IMG/VR virus record: IMGVR_UViG_3300037310_000496
Length of the DNA: 64,000 bases
Reading direction: 5' to 3' (one strand)
Source: a virus
The translations under genes were made by a program, and so were the position numbers. The notes under the pieces were generated by a model. The model was not told the DNA's origin, did not search any database, and saw only the letters and a list, made by a program, of their open reading frames with translations. The first letter of the stretch is position 1; the number at the start of each line of letters is the position of its first letter. Below, in pieces: positions 1 to 9,149 of this stretch.

Positions 1-252
1 AATGGTAACGGACAATCCGGAAGTATATGCCTCAAATAGTTCACGGTACATAGCTGAATTCTTGATGTATGAATCACACGAAATAGAAACAATTGGTTGG
101 GAACGTAAAGTGTCGGCTATTTTTTTACCTTTATAATGAACAATTTTGACGGCATCGCTTCCATTTAGCCTAATGTTGGATATTTTGGCGGGAATTTGAA
201 CTAAACCCACTTCAATGATGGCATATAGGTTTTTTGAATGGAGAAGCATCAT
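1..252 (-). CDS. Partial hypothetical tail-region protein (runs off left edge)
   Basis: Open frame MMLLHSKNLYAIIEVGLVQIPAKIS... begins 5 nt after the 258..803 stop and continues to position 1; not in ORF track. Confidence 0.5.
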   Translation of the reverse strand, partial: MMLLHSKNLYAIIEVGLVQIPAKISNIRLNGSDAVKIVHYKGKKIADTLRSQPIVSISCDSYIKNSAMYRELFEAYTSGLSVTI

Positions 253-257
253 ATGCC

Positions 258-803
258 CTAACCGTAGTTAACCATATTGTGGAACTTATGGGTTTCCAGT
301 GCAATAGCCATGGAAGTATATTCACCAGCCTGCATCCTATATCGTATTGACTTCACGACTGCATCATACATGACGGCTATGATGCCAGGTTGACTGATTA
401 AAGTGTTTAAGTCGGCAGCTTGCTCTTTTGTTATTCTTGTCTCAAGATTTGCGACAACTAAAGTTATTCGTCCAGTGATATGCCATGCTTCTTCGGCTTG
501 CATATCTTCCACTGCCTTGCGGAAATCAGTGTTGACTTGACCAGTTATTGGTGGATTATTGAAATCACCAAGTGTTTGGAATATTTCATACTCTTGACGA
601 GACAGAAACATGCTGATATCAGCACTCATGCTATATGATTGGGCTTCGACACCAGCTATAGCATCACTGCCTATGACTGGTGCCCTAGCCACTGACAATG
701 CGGTAAGGTCCATGTCAAGCGAATTAATAAATGAAAGGACTGACCCGCCATTGGAAGTGAGAAAGAGACCATAGCATTTTTTACCATGTAGGATTTTCGG
801 CAT
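258..803 (-). CDS. Probable tail tube protein
   Basis: 181 aa, beta-rich, immediately downstream of the sheath gene (typical position and size). Confidence 0.55.
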   Translation of the reverse strand: MPKILHGKKCYGLFLTSNGGSVLSFINSLDMDLTALSVARAPVIGSDAIAGVEAQSYSMSADISMFLSRQEYEIFQTLGDFNNPPITGQVNTDFRKAVEDMQAEEAWHITGRITLVVANLETRITKEQAADLNTLISQPGIIAVMYDAVVKSIRYRMQAGEYTSMAIALETHKFHNMVNYG

Positions 804-819
804 TGTCTTTTACCTCCTT

Positions 820-2067
820 TTAGCTCACCATGAAGGTGATAAATATTTTGTTTACTGGTTTTACAGTAACAAAGAATATCTTTGCCTGTATGGCATCCAC
901 TTGTGATGGATGATCTTTCACTGATGTGGTGTATTCACTTATGAGCAGTGCTTCTTTGGCTTCTCCCAATATACTGTCAAGCAATACTTTAGCAGCTACC
1001 AACAGTGATGTAGTTTTTGGTTTGCCTATAAATTGATCCAAATTTATAGTCATTGCCTTGTGTAATACATTGGTTATTTGACGATGTGAATATAGCATCC
1101 ATCCAGTAACACTAGAAAATGTAACGCCTTTTGTAAGTACATATGAATTGTTTTTATAGCGGGTTATGATAAAACCGCCGGCTATAGCATCAACAAGTTC
1201 GGTTTCCTTGAATATATATGGAAATCCATTGTATCTTGAAGGTGCCAACGCTGGATAGTTGGTGATGGAAAAATTGGCTAACTGTGCTGATAGAACTCCA
1301 GCCAACCATGCAGCTGTCAATTGACCACCTATTTCGACAATTACTTTTGTAGTGTCAGTTGAGTTGACACTATTTGTAAAGTCAAACTGGTGATTGCCGA
1401 TATAATTCATCACTAGTCCCTCTGCTGATTTATGGGTACTGAGAAATGACAAATCAGCGGAATTGAGGGGGAGTGCAGCTCCACCGTTGTTGGTAGCATC
1501 CCAGACTGTAAACAAATCAATTCCAGTTACATAAAAACGTGGACTGTTGTACGTTGAATTGGCTGAAGCAGCAGCTTCTGCATGACTTTTTCCTGCTGAA
1601 ATGGGGTTGATATTGCATAAAATGACATATCCAATGTCCTGGTAGTTGAGCAAAACATCCAAAGCTCGTTGTGCTCCAGCTGGAATAGATGATGTCCCAG
1701 TGAGTGGAGTGCCAACCCCATCAAGTACACAACAATATACTTTGGCACCGGAATTGGCATAGTAAACAAGATCCAAGGATCTGAGTAGATTATCTTTTGA
1801 GTCACGTGGACTTGTTGCGCCACTTCCAGCATCTGGGACACCTGGAACCCATCCAGTCCCATCACATCGTCCTCCTAGACCTGTGATAGCGTCGCTCAAA
1901 TTGGTATAAGAAAGAACGTCACCATCTACCGATGACGTGAATTTTCTTACAGTTCCCGGCAATGTCGCCCCAACATGTCCAATCAAGGCAATAGCCATTG
2001 GTGGAACACCTTGACTGGAAACCAGCACGTTTGTTGATGTTACGCTTACTCCAGGTAAGGTACTCAT
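820..2067 (-). CDS. Contractile tail sheath protein
   Basis: Sheath-like N-terminus (TLPGVSVT..AIALIG) and C-terminal domain (RQITNVLHKAM..LDQFIGKP..IQAKIFFVTVKPVNKIFITF). Confidence 0.85.
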   Translation of the reverse strand: MSTLPGVSVTSTNVLVSSQGVPPMAIALIGHVGATLPGTVRKFTSSVDGDVLSYTNLSDAITGLGGRCDGTGWVPGVPDAGSGATSPRDSKDNLLRSLDLVYYANSGAKVYCCVLDGVGTPLTGTSSIPAGAQRALDVLLNYQDIGYVILCNINPISAGKSHAEAAASANSTYNSPRFYVTGIDLFTVWDATNNGGAALPLNSADLSFLSTHKSAEGLVMNYIGNHQFDFTNSVNSTDTTKVIVEIGGQLTAAWLAGVLSAQLANFSITNYPALAPSRYNGFPYIFKETELVDAIAGGFIITRYKNNSYVLTKGVTFSSVTGWMLYSHRQITNVLHKAMTINLDQFIGKPKTTSLLVAAKVLLDSILGEAKEALLISEYTTSVKDHPSQVDAIQAKIFFVTVKPVNKIFITFMVS

Positions 2068-2202
2068 AAGTAATGACTACATGATGCCAGATATAAAAGC
2101 TTTCATGCTCACTTCAATTTTAAGATATGATTTTAATTAATGCATGGTTTTTTCTGATGCATCACCCGTTATACTTTTATGCTTTGTCGATAATATGCAG
2201 GT

Positions 2203-2889
2203 GTGATCATGGTGGATTACACTAAAGTATATACATATTCGCCTAGCATCATTCTTGCATCAATAGGCACATCAAAGACTCTCCTGAAAGAATGGAGTGG
2301 CAATGTCCACTATCCTAATGCAAATTTACCAATCTATGTGGCAAGTTCGTCAGCAAGCGACATCAACAAAATTTTAACTGTTGAAGGCATCGACTCATCG
2401 TTCAATGCCATATCGGAAAAAATTACACTTTCTGGACAGACCGCTAAACTTTTAGACAATTCCTATTATCGTATCAACCACTTGAGAGTTAATGCACCAC
2501 TAGTTGGAAACGTTCATGCTTCAGTTGATTCAGACTGGACAAATGGTGTTCCAGATGATGCCAACAGTAGCCTGAATTTTTTATTGGCAACTGAACTTGA
2601 AAACAATAGCTTAATTTATTGTGTACCTTCTTTTCGTGCACCATTCCATTTGGTGCAGTTATTTAGACGAGTTGAAGAAAATGGAGGAACTGTCATTTTG
2701 GAAGGCAGACGTTTTGGTGCCAGCTGGAAAGAAATTGACAAATGTGTTTTGGCTGCTAACAGTCGTCTTGATACCAGATTTGTCATCCCTTTCAAATTTG
2801 AAAAAGGAATGGATTTAGCAATGTATGGACAATCTGCCAGTTCAACCACTAAAATCGCAGGTTGTATGTCATTGCATGAAACATACTAA
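2203..2889 (+). CDS. Hypothetical phage protein
   Basis: 228 aa; LTVEGIDSSFNAISEKITLSGQT..YYRINHL segment resembles a recurring uncharacterised phage protein; first gene of a + strand operon. Confidence 0.6.
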   Translation: MIMVDYTKVYTYSPSIILASIGTSKTLLKEWSGNVHYPNANLPIYVASSSASDINKILTVEGIDSSFNAISEKITLSGQTAKLLDNSYYRINHLRVNAPLVGNVHASVDSDWTNGVPDDANSSLNFLLATELENNSLIYCVPSFRAPFHLVQLFRRVEENGGTVILEGRRFGASWKEIDKCVLAANSRLDTRFVIPFKFEKGMDLAMYGQSASSTTKIAGCMSLHETY

Positions 2890-2944
2890 AATCAACCGCA
2901 CTTATACCGCATAATTTATATTGCGTAATGATATATACAGTATA

Positions 2945-3373
2945 ATGGCAATAAAAAACATAAAGAAGATTCGAGTTCGTAAATCTTATTATGATTTAAT
3001 GGAAGATACAGTCACACTGATGAAAAAAAATATAGTGATGACAATCGATGAATTGGCATTAAAAACAGGATATTCAAAACGAAGAATTTATGATGTCACT
3101 ACAGCATTGCATGCTTTGCAGCTGGTAAGTGTACAGCGCAGGAAAAAATGCAAGAGTGAAGTAGTATGGCTTGGCAAGGAAATAACTGAAGCAATCCCAC
3201 CAATTCAACCAATTCAAATTGACAAGGAAATTGAATTGTTCACTTCTCACTTGGTCATACAAACCCAACAAACTGAAATCAACAAAATTTCCCATAGGGA
3301 AGATGGAATCTATATCCAGATGGCGGAACCATCGAAAATATTGATTAGGGGTGAGGACAATGTCCGGATCTGA
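2945..3373 (+). CDS. E2F/DP-like winged-helix DNA-binding protein
   Basis: RKSYYDL...KRRIYDVTTALHALQLVS...EVVWLG aligns by eye with the E2F/DP DBD (KSL...KRRIYDITNVLEGIGLIEK...IQWKG); ATG at 2945. Confidence 0.7.
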   Translation: MAIKNIKKIRVRKSYYDLMEDTVTLMKKNIVMTIDELALKTGYSKRRIYDVTTALHALQLVSVQRRKKCKSEVVWLGKEITEAIPPIQPIQIDKEIELFTSHLVIQTQQTEINKISHREDGIYIQMAEPSKILIRGEDNVRI

Positions 3374-4106
3374 AAAAATCTATCGTTGCATCAATATGGA
3401 ATGTCAAGGATATCAAACGATTGAAATTGACATTGAAGACAGTAAAATATGTCCGATTTGTTCGGTTCCAGTGGATGATCAAATGTCATCTTTGGTACCA
3501 AAGACCACATGGAGTGATTCAGTTGGAATAATTGATGGTTCGAATGATTTAAATGGACGGAACATGACCCATCAATTGAAAAAAGAAATTGGAGAAATAG
3601 TTGAACGATATTTATCTTTTATTGTTGATGAATCGGATATCGTTGACTTTCCATTGGACATTCATTTTGCTGTAGAGAATGAATATATAACATGGATGCC
3701 TATAGTTGAAAAGCAACCAAGTTGGTATATACATTCAGTTTCCTTAATAATTTCCCTGTTTATGTTTCATTCAATCAATTATCCTGTAAATTTTATTGGG
3801 ATGTTGAACACTGGAAATGTCGATATTCATTTAAATGTCAATAATACCATGTTGAAAATTCCAATAGGAATTTGTTGGGTGTTAGCCATGACAATCGAAA
3901 ATATTGCTATCTATATGGATAGCAATGAATTTGTCGACAGTCAATTCCGGTTGCTTTTTAATGTTTTCAGTCGAAAGTTTACTGTAGACAATATTAATCG
4001 TTCCACATTTAATACGGTCAACGAACTTATGAGGGCAAATGTTGACATTCCACAAGAACTTCTGGATTCGTTGTTCAAGATGGAAAAAAACAAAGGGGAA
4101 ATATAA
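3360..4106 (+). CDS. Hypothetical protein with N-terminal Zn finger
   Basis: CINMEC...CPIC at N-terminus; overlaps upstream stop, operon-like. Confidence 0.6.
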   Translation: MSGSEKIYRCINMECQGYQTIEIDIEDSKICPICSVPVDDQMSSLVPKTTWSDSVGIIDGSNDLNGRNMTHQLKKEIGEIVERYLSFIVDESDIVDFPLDIHFAVENEYITWMPIVEKQPSWYIHSVSLIISLFMFHSINYPVNFIGMLNTGNVDIHLNVNNTMLKIPIGICWVLAMTIENIAIYMDSNEFVDSQFRLLFNVFSRKFTVDNINRSTFNTVNELMRANVDIPQELLDSLFKMEKNKGEI

Positions 4107-4107
4107 A

Positions 4108-4464
4108 ATGAAAGTTGTAGAAGAGTCAAATAAAAATACAGATGTACATTACTCGATTGATACGCTTAAATGGAATGATGAACAGCTAGAACGATATGCA
4201 AAAGTAGTTGAAGCGTTTTGGAACATCAAAATTGCAAAAGGTGGAGCTATTATACTTCATTATTTGCATATACATGGTACTACCATAAATGCGAAATTGA
4301 GAGTTGATACCAATCTCCATCAAAAAACAATAACGTTGTGGGTTACAATATTCAAGGATGCTGGTATCATCAAGAAAATCATTAATTTAAATGATACACG
4401 TTCCGTCTTCATTTTTCTGTCAGACATTGCCCAACAGAAATTTGATTATGAGTTTAAATTATAG
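4108..4464 (+). CDS. MarR-like winged-helix protein
   Basis: ILHYLHIHG.T..KL...NLHQKTIT.WV..FKDAGII.K...DTRSVFIFLS pattern; ATG at 4108. Confidence 0.65.
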   Translation: MKVVEESNKNTDVHYSIDTLKWNDEQLERYAKVVEAFWNIKIAKGGAIILHYLHIHGTTINAKLRVDTNLHQKTITLWVTIFKDAGIIKKIINLNDTRSVFIFLSDIAQQKFDYEFKL

Positions 4465-5046
4465 TTTACTCATAAGTTCTTTCCAGATGCCATCAATATA
4501 TGGTATGTCCACAAATCGTTTCGAATAAATGGTACAATGAAAAACAATAGCAACGGACAAAATTAAAACACCTCCAAAGTTATTCATTTTAAGTTCTTTT
4601 TGGTATATTTCAATTTCATTGATTATATGCTGTATTTTTTCATCAAACGAATATGTATTATAAAGTCTATCACGTTCGATGATTTTAATTCTATTCATCA
4701 TATAATTTTCAATTTCAGGTTTTGTCCATTTAGTTGTCATTGAGAGTATTTCAATGAAAAATTGGATTAGCCAAGCTTCTGCAATTTTAAAACCTTTAAG
4801 TACAGATGATTCATTGTTGATGGTAAAAGCATATCGTTCTTCAATATTTTTCATGATCTGGTTAGTCACCAGATTTTGTTTTTCAATTATGTCGTCTAAT
4901 ATGTTTGGTATTTTGGATACCAAATTCAGTACGTATTGTTTTTGTTTAGCCTGATCTAGCATGATATACTTAAGTTCTTGCTGAAATGTCTGAATTTGGT
5001 CCAATATTGCTTTTATTATCTTCAGGGTATTGATGTCGTCAACCAT
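4459..5046 (-). CDS. Hypothetical helical/coiled-coil protein
   Basis: 195 aa ORF with hydrophobic segment near C-terminus. Confidence 0.55.
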   Translation of the reverse strand: MVDDINTLKIIKAILDQIQTFQQELKYIMLDQAKQKQYVLNLVSKIPNILDDIIEKQNLVTNQIMKNIEERYAFTINNESSVLKGFKIAEAWLIQFFIEILSMTTKWTKPEIENYMMNRIKIIERDRLYNTYSFDEKIQHIINEIEIYQKELKMNNFGGVLILSVAIVFHCTIYSKRFVDIPYIDGIWKELMSKL

Positions 5047-5059
5047 ATGTTTTTTTCAC

Positions 5060-5386
5060 CTATATTCCTTTGACAATGACAATCTGCATTCCGGTTAGTA
5101 TAGATATTGTACCATCACCGAAGGTAGTTGTAATTTGTACATCATATGTGCCAATCCTGCTCATTTCAGCAAGAGTCGGTGCCAAAGTGCAAATTCCATT
5201 GGTGGCTGGAGATGTCACTGTGGCATTTCGGTTGATAATGATAGTTCCATCATTATAATCCACCACCTTGACATTTATGGTAGCACCTGTAAGATTTACG
5301 GGACGGTTAGTCTTTTGGTCATATATTTGCCACTGCAACCCTTCTCGTGTCTGATTTTGAATGAAGATCAATTTGGTGTTGCCCAT
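5060..5386 (-). CDS. BppU N-terminal-like (Ig-like) virion protein
   Basis: PVNLTGATINVKV...GICT...GTYDVQITTTFGDG pattern typical of BppU_N/DUF2479-like domains. Confidence 0.65.
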   Translation of the reverse strand: MGNTKLIFIQNQTREGLQWQIYDQKTNRPVNLTGATINVKVVDYNDGTIIINRNATVTSPATNGICTLAPTLAEMSRIGTYDVQITTTFGDGTISILTGMQIVIVKGI

Positions 5387-5510
5387 AACATCTATTGTAC
5401 ATATACATTATTGACTATTAACTATTTTCTACTGTTTATTAACAATTGATTGCTGGTAACATTATTCCACATACTATACTTTATATAAATATTTAATTAT
5501 TCATGGTTAG

Positions 5511-6092
5511 ATGCTTATCGTCAATATCATCTCATTAATCATCACATCAATCAAAGAAATAATTGAAGGAATTTTCAATCCCATGATGGCAAGCCGAACA
5601 AAAATCACCTATCGATGTGATTTTCGACCGATTGTTCAAAATATGGATGTTTTGCTCAAAAAAATCAATGACATGTTGTTTAAAATCAATGAAGGAATAA
5701 GTGAAAAAGATATTCTAATCAACAAATTTGAATTGTGCAATGTAAGTAAATATAACTATCAATCGATGATCAACTCAATAGAAAATGGCTGCAGTGTCAT
5801 ATTTCTAAAATTTGACAGTCATCCACTAGTGGAAGTGCCGGAAGTCATTCAATTAGGACTAGTTGAATGCACTATACTGTTATTCCAGAACAAAAAAGAC
5901 ATGCATCGTCAAATCAAGACATATTCTGATTCGATAAACACGATAATAGCATCGATGCTTACCAAAGTGTTTAATCGACAATTTGATTCAATAAAAATGA
6001 ACGAGGAATTCATGGAAATCAAAAGTATAGTTGTAAAAAGTCTAAATGAAAAGACCGTCCATCATTATGTTTCTGATTATACGTATGAATGA
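5511..6092 (+). CDS. Hypothetical protein
   Basis: 193 aa ORF preceded by TTTATATA box (about 5480-5487). Confidence 0.55.
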   Translation: MLIVNIISLIITSIKEIIEGIFNPMMASRTKITYRCDFRPIVQNMDVLLKKINDMLFKINEGISEKDILINKFELCNVSKYNYQSMINSIENGCSVIFLKFDSHPLVEVPEVIQLGLVECTILLFQNKKDMHRQIKTYSDSINTIIASMLTKVFNRQFDSIKMNEEFMEIKSIVVKSLNEKTVHHYVSDYTYE

Positions 6093-6129
6093 TGAATCCA
6101 AAATTTATTAGCTTCATTCTCACAGGCAA

Positions 6130-6618
6130 TCAAGATATTTTTTCACCCTCGTGTAGTTTTCCGAGCGAGTTGGTGACTGTTGGCATGATTTTAGGTTGGA
6201 CAATATCGGCAAACAGGGCTATGTTGAAAAATAGGTCATAAATTAAGTTATGTTGTTTCGCATGGGTTTCATATCCACATTCTGGACAATTCAAAAACAC
6301 TACCGCATTCTTCTTGACCATTTCGATTGTAGTTGAATCCAATCTTAGAAAGCCATAGCCACAATTTAGGCAAGATACCCGAAATTCAAGGGAAAGTATG
6401 TCATTGCTTTGAGCGTGTTTAACCAGTCTTGGAATATATATGACATCCAAACTACTTTTGTCATGGAAATAGTCCAAGGTTGTCCAGAGATATCCTTCAA
6501 TAATCAGATCTTCAATTGTATTAGAGAAAGTTGTCCAACTCTCACTCAGACCAGTCGGTGGTTTAATTTCATGTAATATTCTTGATTTGATCAATGATTG
6601 TTTCAATCTGTTATTCAT
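6130..6618 (-). CDS. Zn-ribbon protein
   Basis: CLNCG...CPECG motif. Confidence 0.65.
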   Translation of the reverse strand: MNNRLKQSLIKSRILHEIKPPTGLSESWTTFSNTIEDLIIEGYLWTTLDYFHDKSSLDVIYIPRLVKHAQSNDILSLEFRVSCLNCGYGFLRLDSTTIEMVKKNAVVFLNCPECGYETHAKQHNLIYDLFFNIALFADIVQPKIMPTVTNSLGKLHEGEKIS

Positions 6619-6661
6619 TTGTACTCTTCGTAATGATGACGATGCTTTTGAATTATGGAAT

Positions 6662-7078
6662 TTAGCAAATTAAACATTCAAATTTATTTTCCTTGACTGC
6701 CTTCATTATGTACTCTCTGAAAATTGTAAATGGATGGAGATGTTCAGTTTCTATATGCCAGCTGAAGGCGCTATGTATTCCATTCATGTGATGAAGTATA
6801 CCTTCATGAATGAGTACATGAGTGCTGCCTGGAGTAATGTCCATTTCTTCCAGCATTTTTAAGTCTGAGTCGTTGGATTCAGACTTTAGCTTTTCAAGTA
6901 TCTCTGTATAGACAGAGATTTTCATTTTGTCCATAGTTTCAATGGGAGTGAAAAGAATATTTAAATATTGTTGTATGAACATGTTAGTAAATCGCCTATA
7001 TGATCGATGCTTTAGGCACTTTGCTTGCAACAACCTGTTTCCAGCCAAGATCGTCATTCGTTTTCCATCCGATTTCAT
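6662..7078 (-). CDS. Hypothetical His-rich protein
   Basis: 138 aa, HEGILHHMNGIHS..WHIETEHLH. Confidence 0.5.
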   Translation of the reverse strand: MKSDGKRMTILAGNRLLQAKCLKHRSYRRFTNMFIQQYLNILFTPIETMDKMKISVYTEILEKLKSESNDSDLKMLEEMDITPGSTHVLIHEGILHHMNGIHSAFSWHIETEHLHPFTIFREYIMKAVKENKFECLIC

Positions 7079-7256
7079 AGCCTACTGCATTTCTCAACAA
7101 CTCGTTTGCAACCTTGAGTGTAGTTCCACTTCCAGCAAATGGGTCAAGTATGGTTTCATCTGGAAAACTGAACATTTTTATTAGTCGCCTAGGCAGTTCT
7201 TCAGGAAACATTGCCATATGGTTATCCTGCTTTACTCCATTTAATCCAAAGTCCAT
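6996..7256 (-). pseudogene. C-terminal fragment of an N4-C/N6-A DNA methyltransferase (beta class)
   Basis: HMAMFPEELPRRLIKMFS..ETILDPFAGSGTT..GYEI (SAM-binding half); catalytic DPPY/SPPY half absent. Confidence 0.75.
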
Positions 7257-7498
7257 GAATTGACCATGCTATGACGCAAAGGTTGCCAAATGGCATTGCA
7301 GATTATTGGACATAGCTTATTCATTCGAGACAATTTTGTCAAATATAACGTCGAGAAATATAAGATAATCAATTGATATATTAAATAATATATTGATGAC
7401 GTTCTAAAATATCACTGTATTCCATGTTTTATTTACATATCTACAATATTTAAAGTAACGATGAAAAATTAGACATTTGAATGGATTGTGAAACCTGA

Positions 7499-8833
7499 TC
7501 AAGAATTTGCAATCATCTCCACTAAACCAAGAGGGTTACTAATAACTCCGAGATAGTCAAATATCTTGCTGCTAATGCCTGGAAGCTCAAGGATATTCGA
7601 CCCAACAGTCTGCGGTGACTGGGTACGGAGAAATCCATTGAGGTTGATGTTGATCACCAATCCTGAAGGTACAGAAACTGGTGGCGAATGGGAGTACTGC
7701 ATGTTACCCAATATGAATATGACATCATATGGCAGTGATGCCATATTGGCATATTCATAAACAGTGCACAATAATGGTATTTTTCCGACACGAGCCCTGA
7801 TGCGGTGATATAATTTCATTACATTGATTCCATTGCATTCGATTGTTTGGATCTTGTCATTGAATATCACCATATCAACCTCACCTCCCGATCTTCTGAC
7901 TGCATCATGAAGAACATAACCAAATACCGATGCATGTTTTATTGGATTTCCAGCCATGGTGATTGATCCATTGATTGCAATCAAGTATTTCCCTTTCTTG
8001 ACCTCGAAACTGCTAAATGAATACTTGATAGCCTTTACTATAGCCCGTCTGTAATGAATGGATGCAACAGCCTCATATGCATCAATGAATTCGAAAGGAA
8101 GAACTCCTGATTTTTTGACCTCATCAAGGTTCGATAACTTGCCAACTATCGCCTTACTGTCAACAATGGTTTTTTCAATTAATGGAAGATTCATCAAAAT
8201 ATTTTTGTATGACATAAAAGGGATAGACAACTCTAGATTATTTATAGACCACTTTCGTGAGGATTTGATTGACCCATCCAGGATGCTCTTAAATAGATGG
8301 CTTTGGATATCGTCTTTAGGCTTTGGATGGACAATCTTGATTATGTTTTTCAGGCTAGATCCAGAGATGTTGTCATCAATATAGTCTGATGGTTTTAACT
8401 CATTGAGCCAAATTTCAGTGGCATTCTTGAGAAGCCTAGGCAAGCTGGTTTTGCCCCCATAGTTCTTCGAAAGAAAGTATTTCCATATAGTCAACACATC
8501 ATCGACATCAATAAAGACATTTTTAGCCAAAATTTTTTTCGGGCTGATTTTATCACTCCTGAACATTCTCAATTCAGGATTCATTATATATTTAATGACT
8601 AGAACATATGTCACTGCACGCAAGTTCCAATCATTTCTGGTGTATTTCAATAGATTCCAGAGGAATGGGTAATTGGACTTGTCCTGGGAAAGGGTAGATA
8701 CTAACTTAATAATTCTCTTGATTCTGTCAGGCAATGTCTCGTGATATCCATTATCTTTGATTGCCGTGGATACTGCAGCTACCAGCTCATTTCTTGTATC
8801 CATGTATGGGTATGGTGCCAGTGTATATATCAC
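7499..8833 (-). CDS. rsr: Ro60/TROVE-domain RNA-binding protein
   Basis: YTRNDWNLRAV, SLPRLLK, SLKNIIKIVHPKP (TROVE) plus C-terminal vWA domain with degenerate MIDAS (AINGSITM; ILGNMQ). Confidence 0.85.
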   Translation of the reverse strand: MIYTLAPYPYMDTRNELVAAVSTAIKDNGYHETLPDRIKRIIKLVSTLSQDKSNYPFLWNLLKYTRNDWNLRAVTYVLVIKYIMNPELRMFRSDKISPKKILAKNVFIDVDDVLTIWKYFLSKNYGGKTSLPRLLKNATEIWLNELKPSDYIDDNISGSSLKNIIKIVHPKPKDDIQSHLFKSILDGSIKSSRKWSINNLELSIPFMSYKNILMNLPLIEKTIVDSKAIVGKLSNLDEVKKSGVLPFEFIDAYEAVASIHYRRAIVKAIKYSFSSFEVKKGKYLIAINGSITMAGNPIKHASVFGYVLHDAVRRSGGEVDMVIFNDKIQTIECNGINVMKLYHRIRARVGKIPLLCTVYEYANMASLPYDVIFILGNMQYSHSPPVSVPSGLVININLNGFLRTQSPQTVGSNILELPGISSKIFDYLGVISNPLGLVEMIANS

Positions 8834-8855
8834 ATGCCATATTTACGGCTATAAA

Positions 8856-8863
8856 TATTTAAA
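8856..8863 (-). promoter_or_regulatory. Archaeal TATA box for Ro60 gene (leaderless)
   Basis: TTTAAATA 23-30 nt upstream of GTG start at 8833, inside palindrome AATATTTAAATATT. Confidence 0.6.
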
Positions 8864-8906
8864 TATTCGTTTGTTAACTTATAACGTTCAAAACAAAATA
8901 AAAAAT

Positions 8907-9037
8907 GCGGAAACGAGGGATGAATGTTATGTATTTCAGTGTGTCTTAAACCGCCAAACGACCCTACCATACAAGCTGGCAGAGGGAAGGAGTCGAACTT
9001 TCCTTTTCACTGAAAAAACACTCCTATGGAATTCCGC
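8907..9037 (-). ncRNA. yrlA: Y RNA (YrlA-like, circularly permuted tRNA mimic)
   Basis: 5-prime GCGGAA pairs 3-prime UUCCGC; GAGUGUU/AACAUUC; UUUCAGUG/CACUGAAA; then T arm GGAAAG-UUCGACU-CCUUCC, closed acceptor-like stem CUCUGCCA/UGGUAGGG, D arm GUUU-GGCGGUUUA-AGAC; 3-prime U tract; directly upstream of Ro60. Confidence 0.8.
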
Positions 9038-9058
9038 AATGATCATATCGTCCATAAA

Positions 9059-9070
9059 TATTTAAACTTT
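9059..9070 (-). promoter_or_regulatory. BRE/TATA promoter of the Y RNA
   Basis: AAAG-TTTAAATA located 22-33 nt upstream of the predicted RNA 5-prime end. Confidence 0.6.
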
Positions 9071-9149
9071 AAGATGGCATTTGATTATTTTTGGATGAAA
9101 CATTAATGATATCTAATCAAAGGATCTATATTATAAAAAAATGTTTGAA

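Noticed and set aside
183-194. E2F-like site TTTTGGCGGGAA
   Set aside because: Single occurrence inside a coding frame, not near a promoter; compatible with chance
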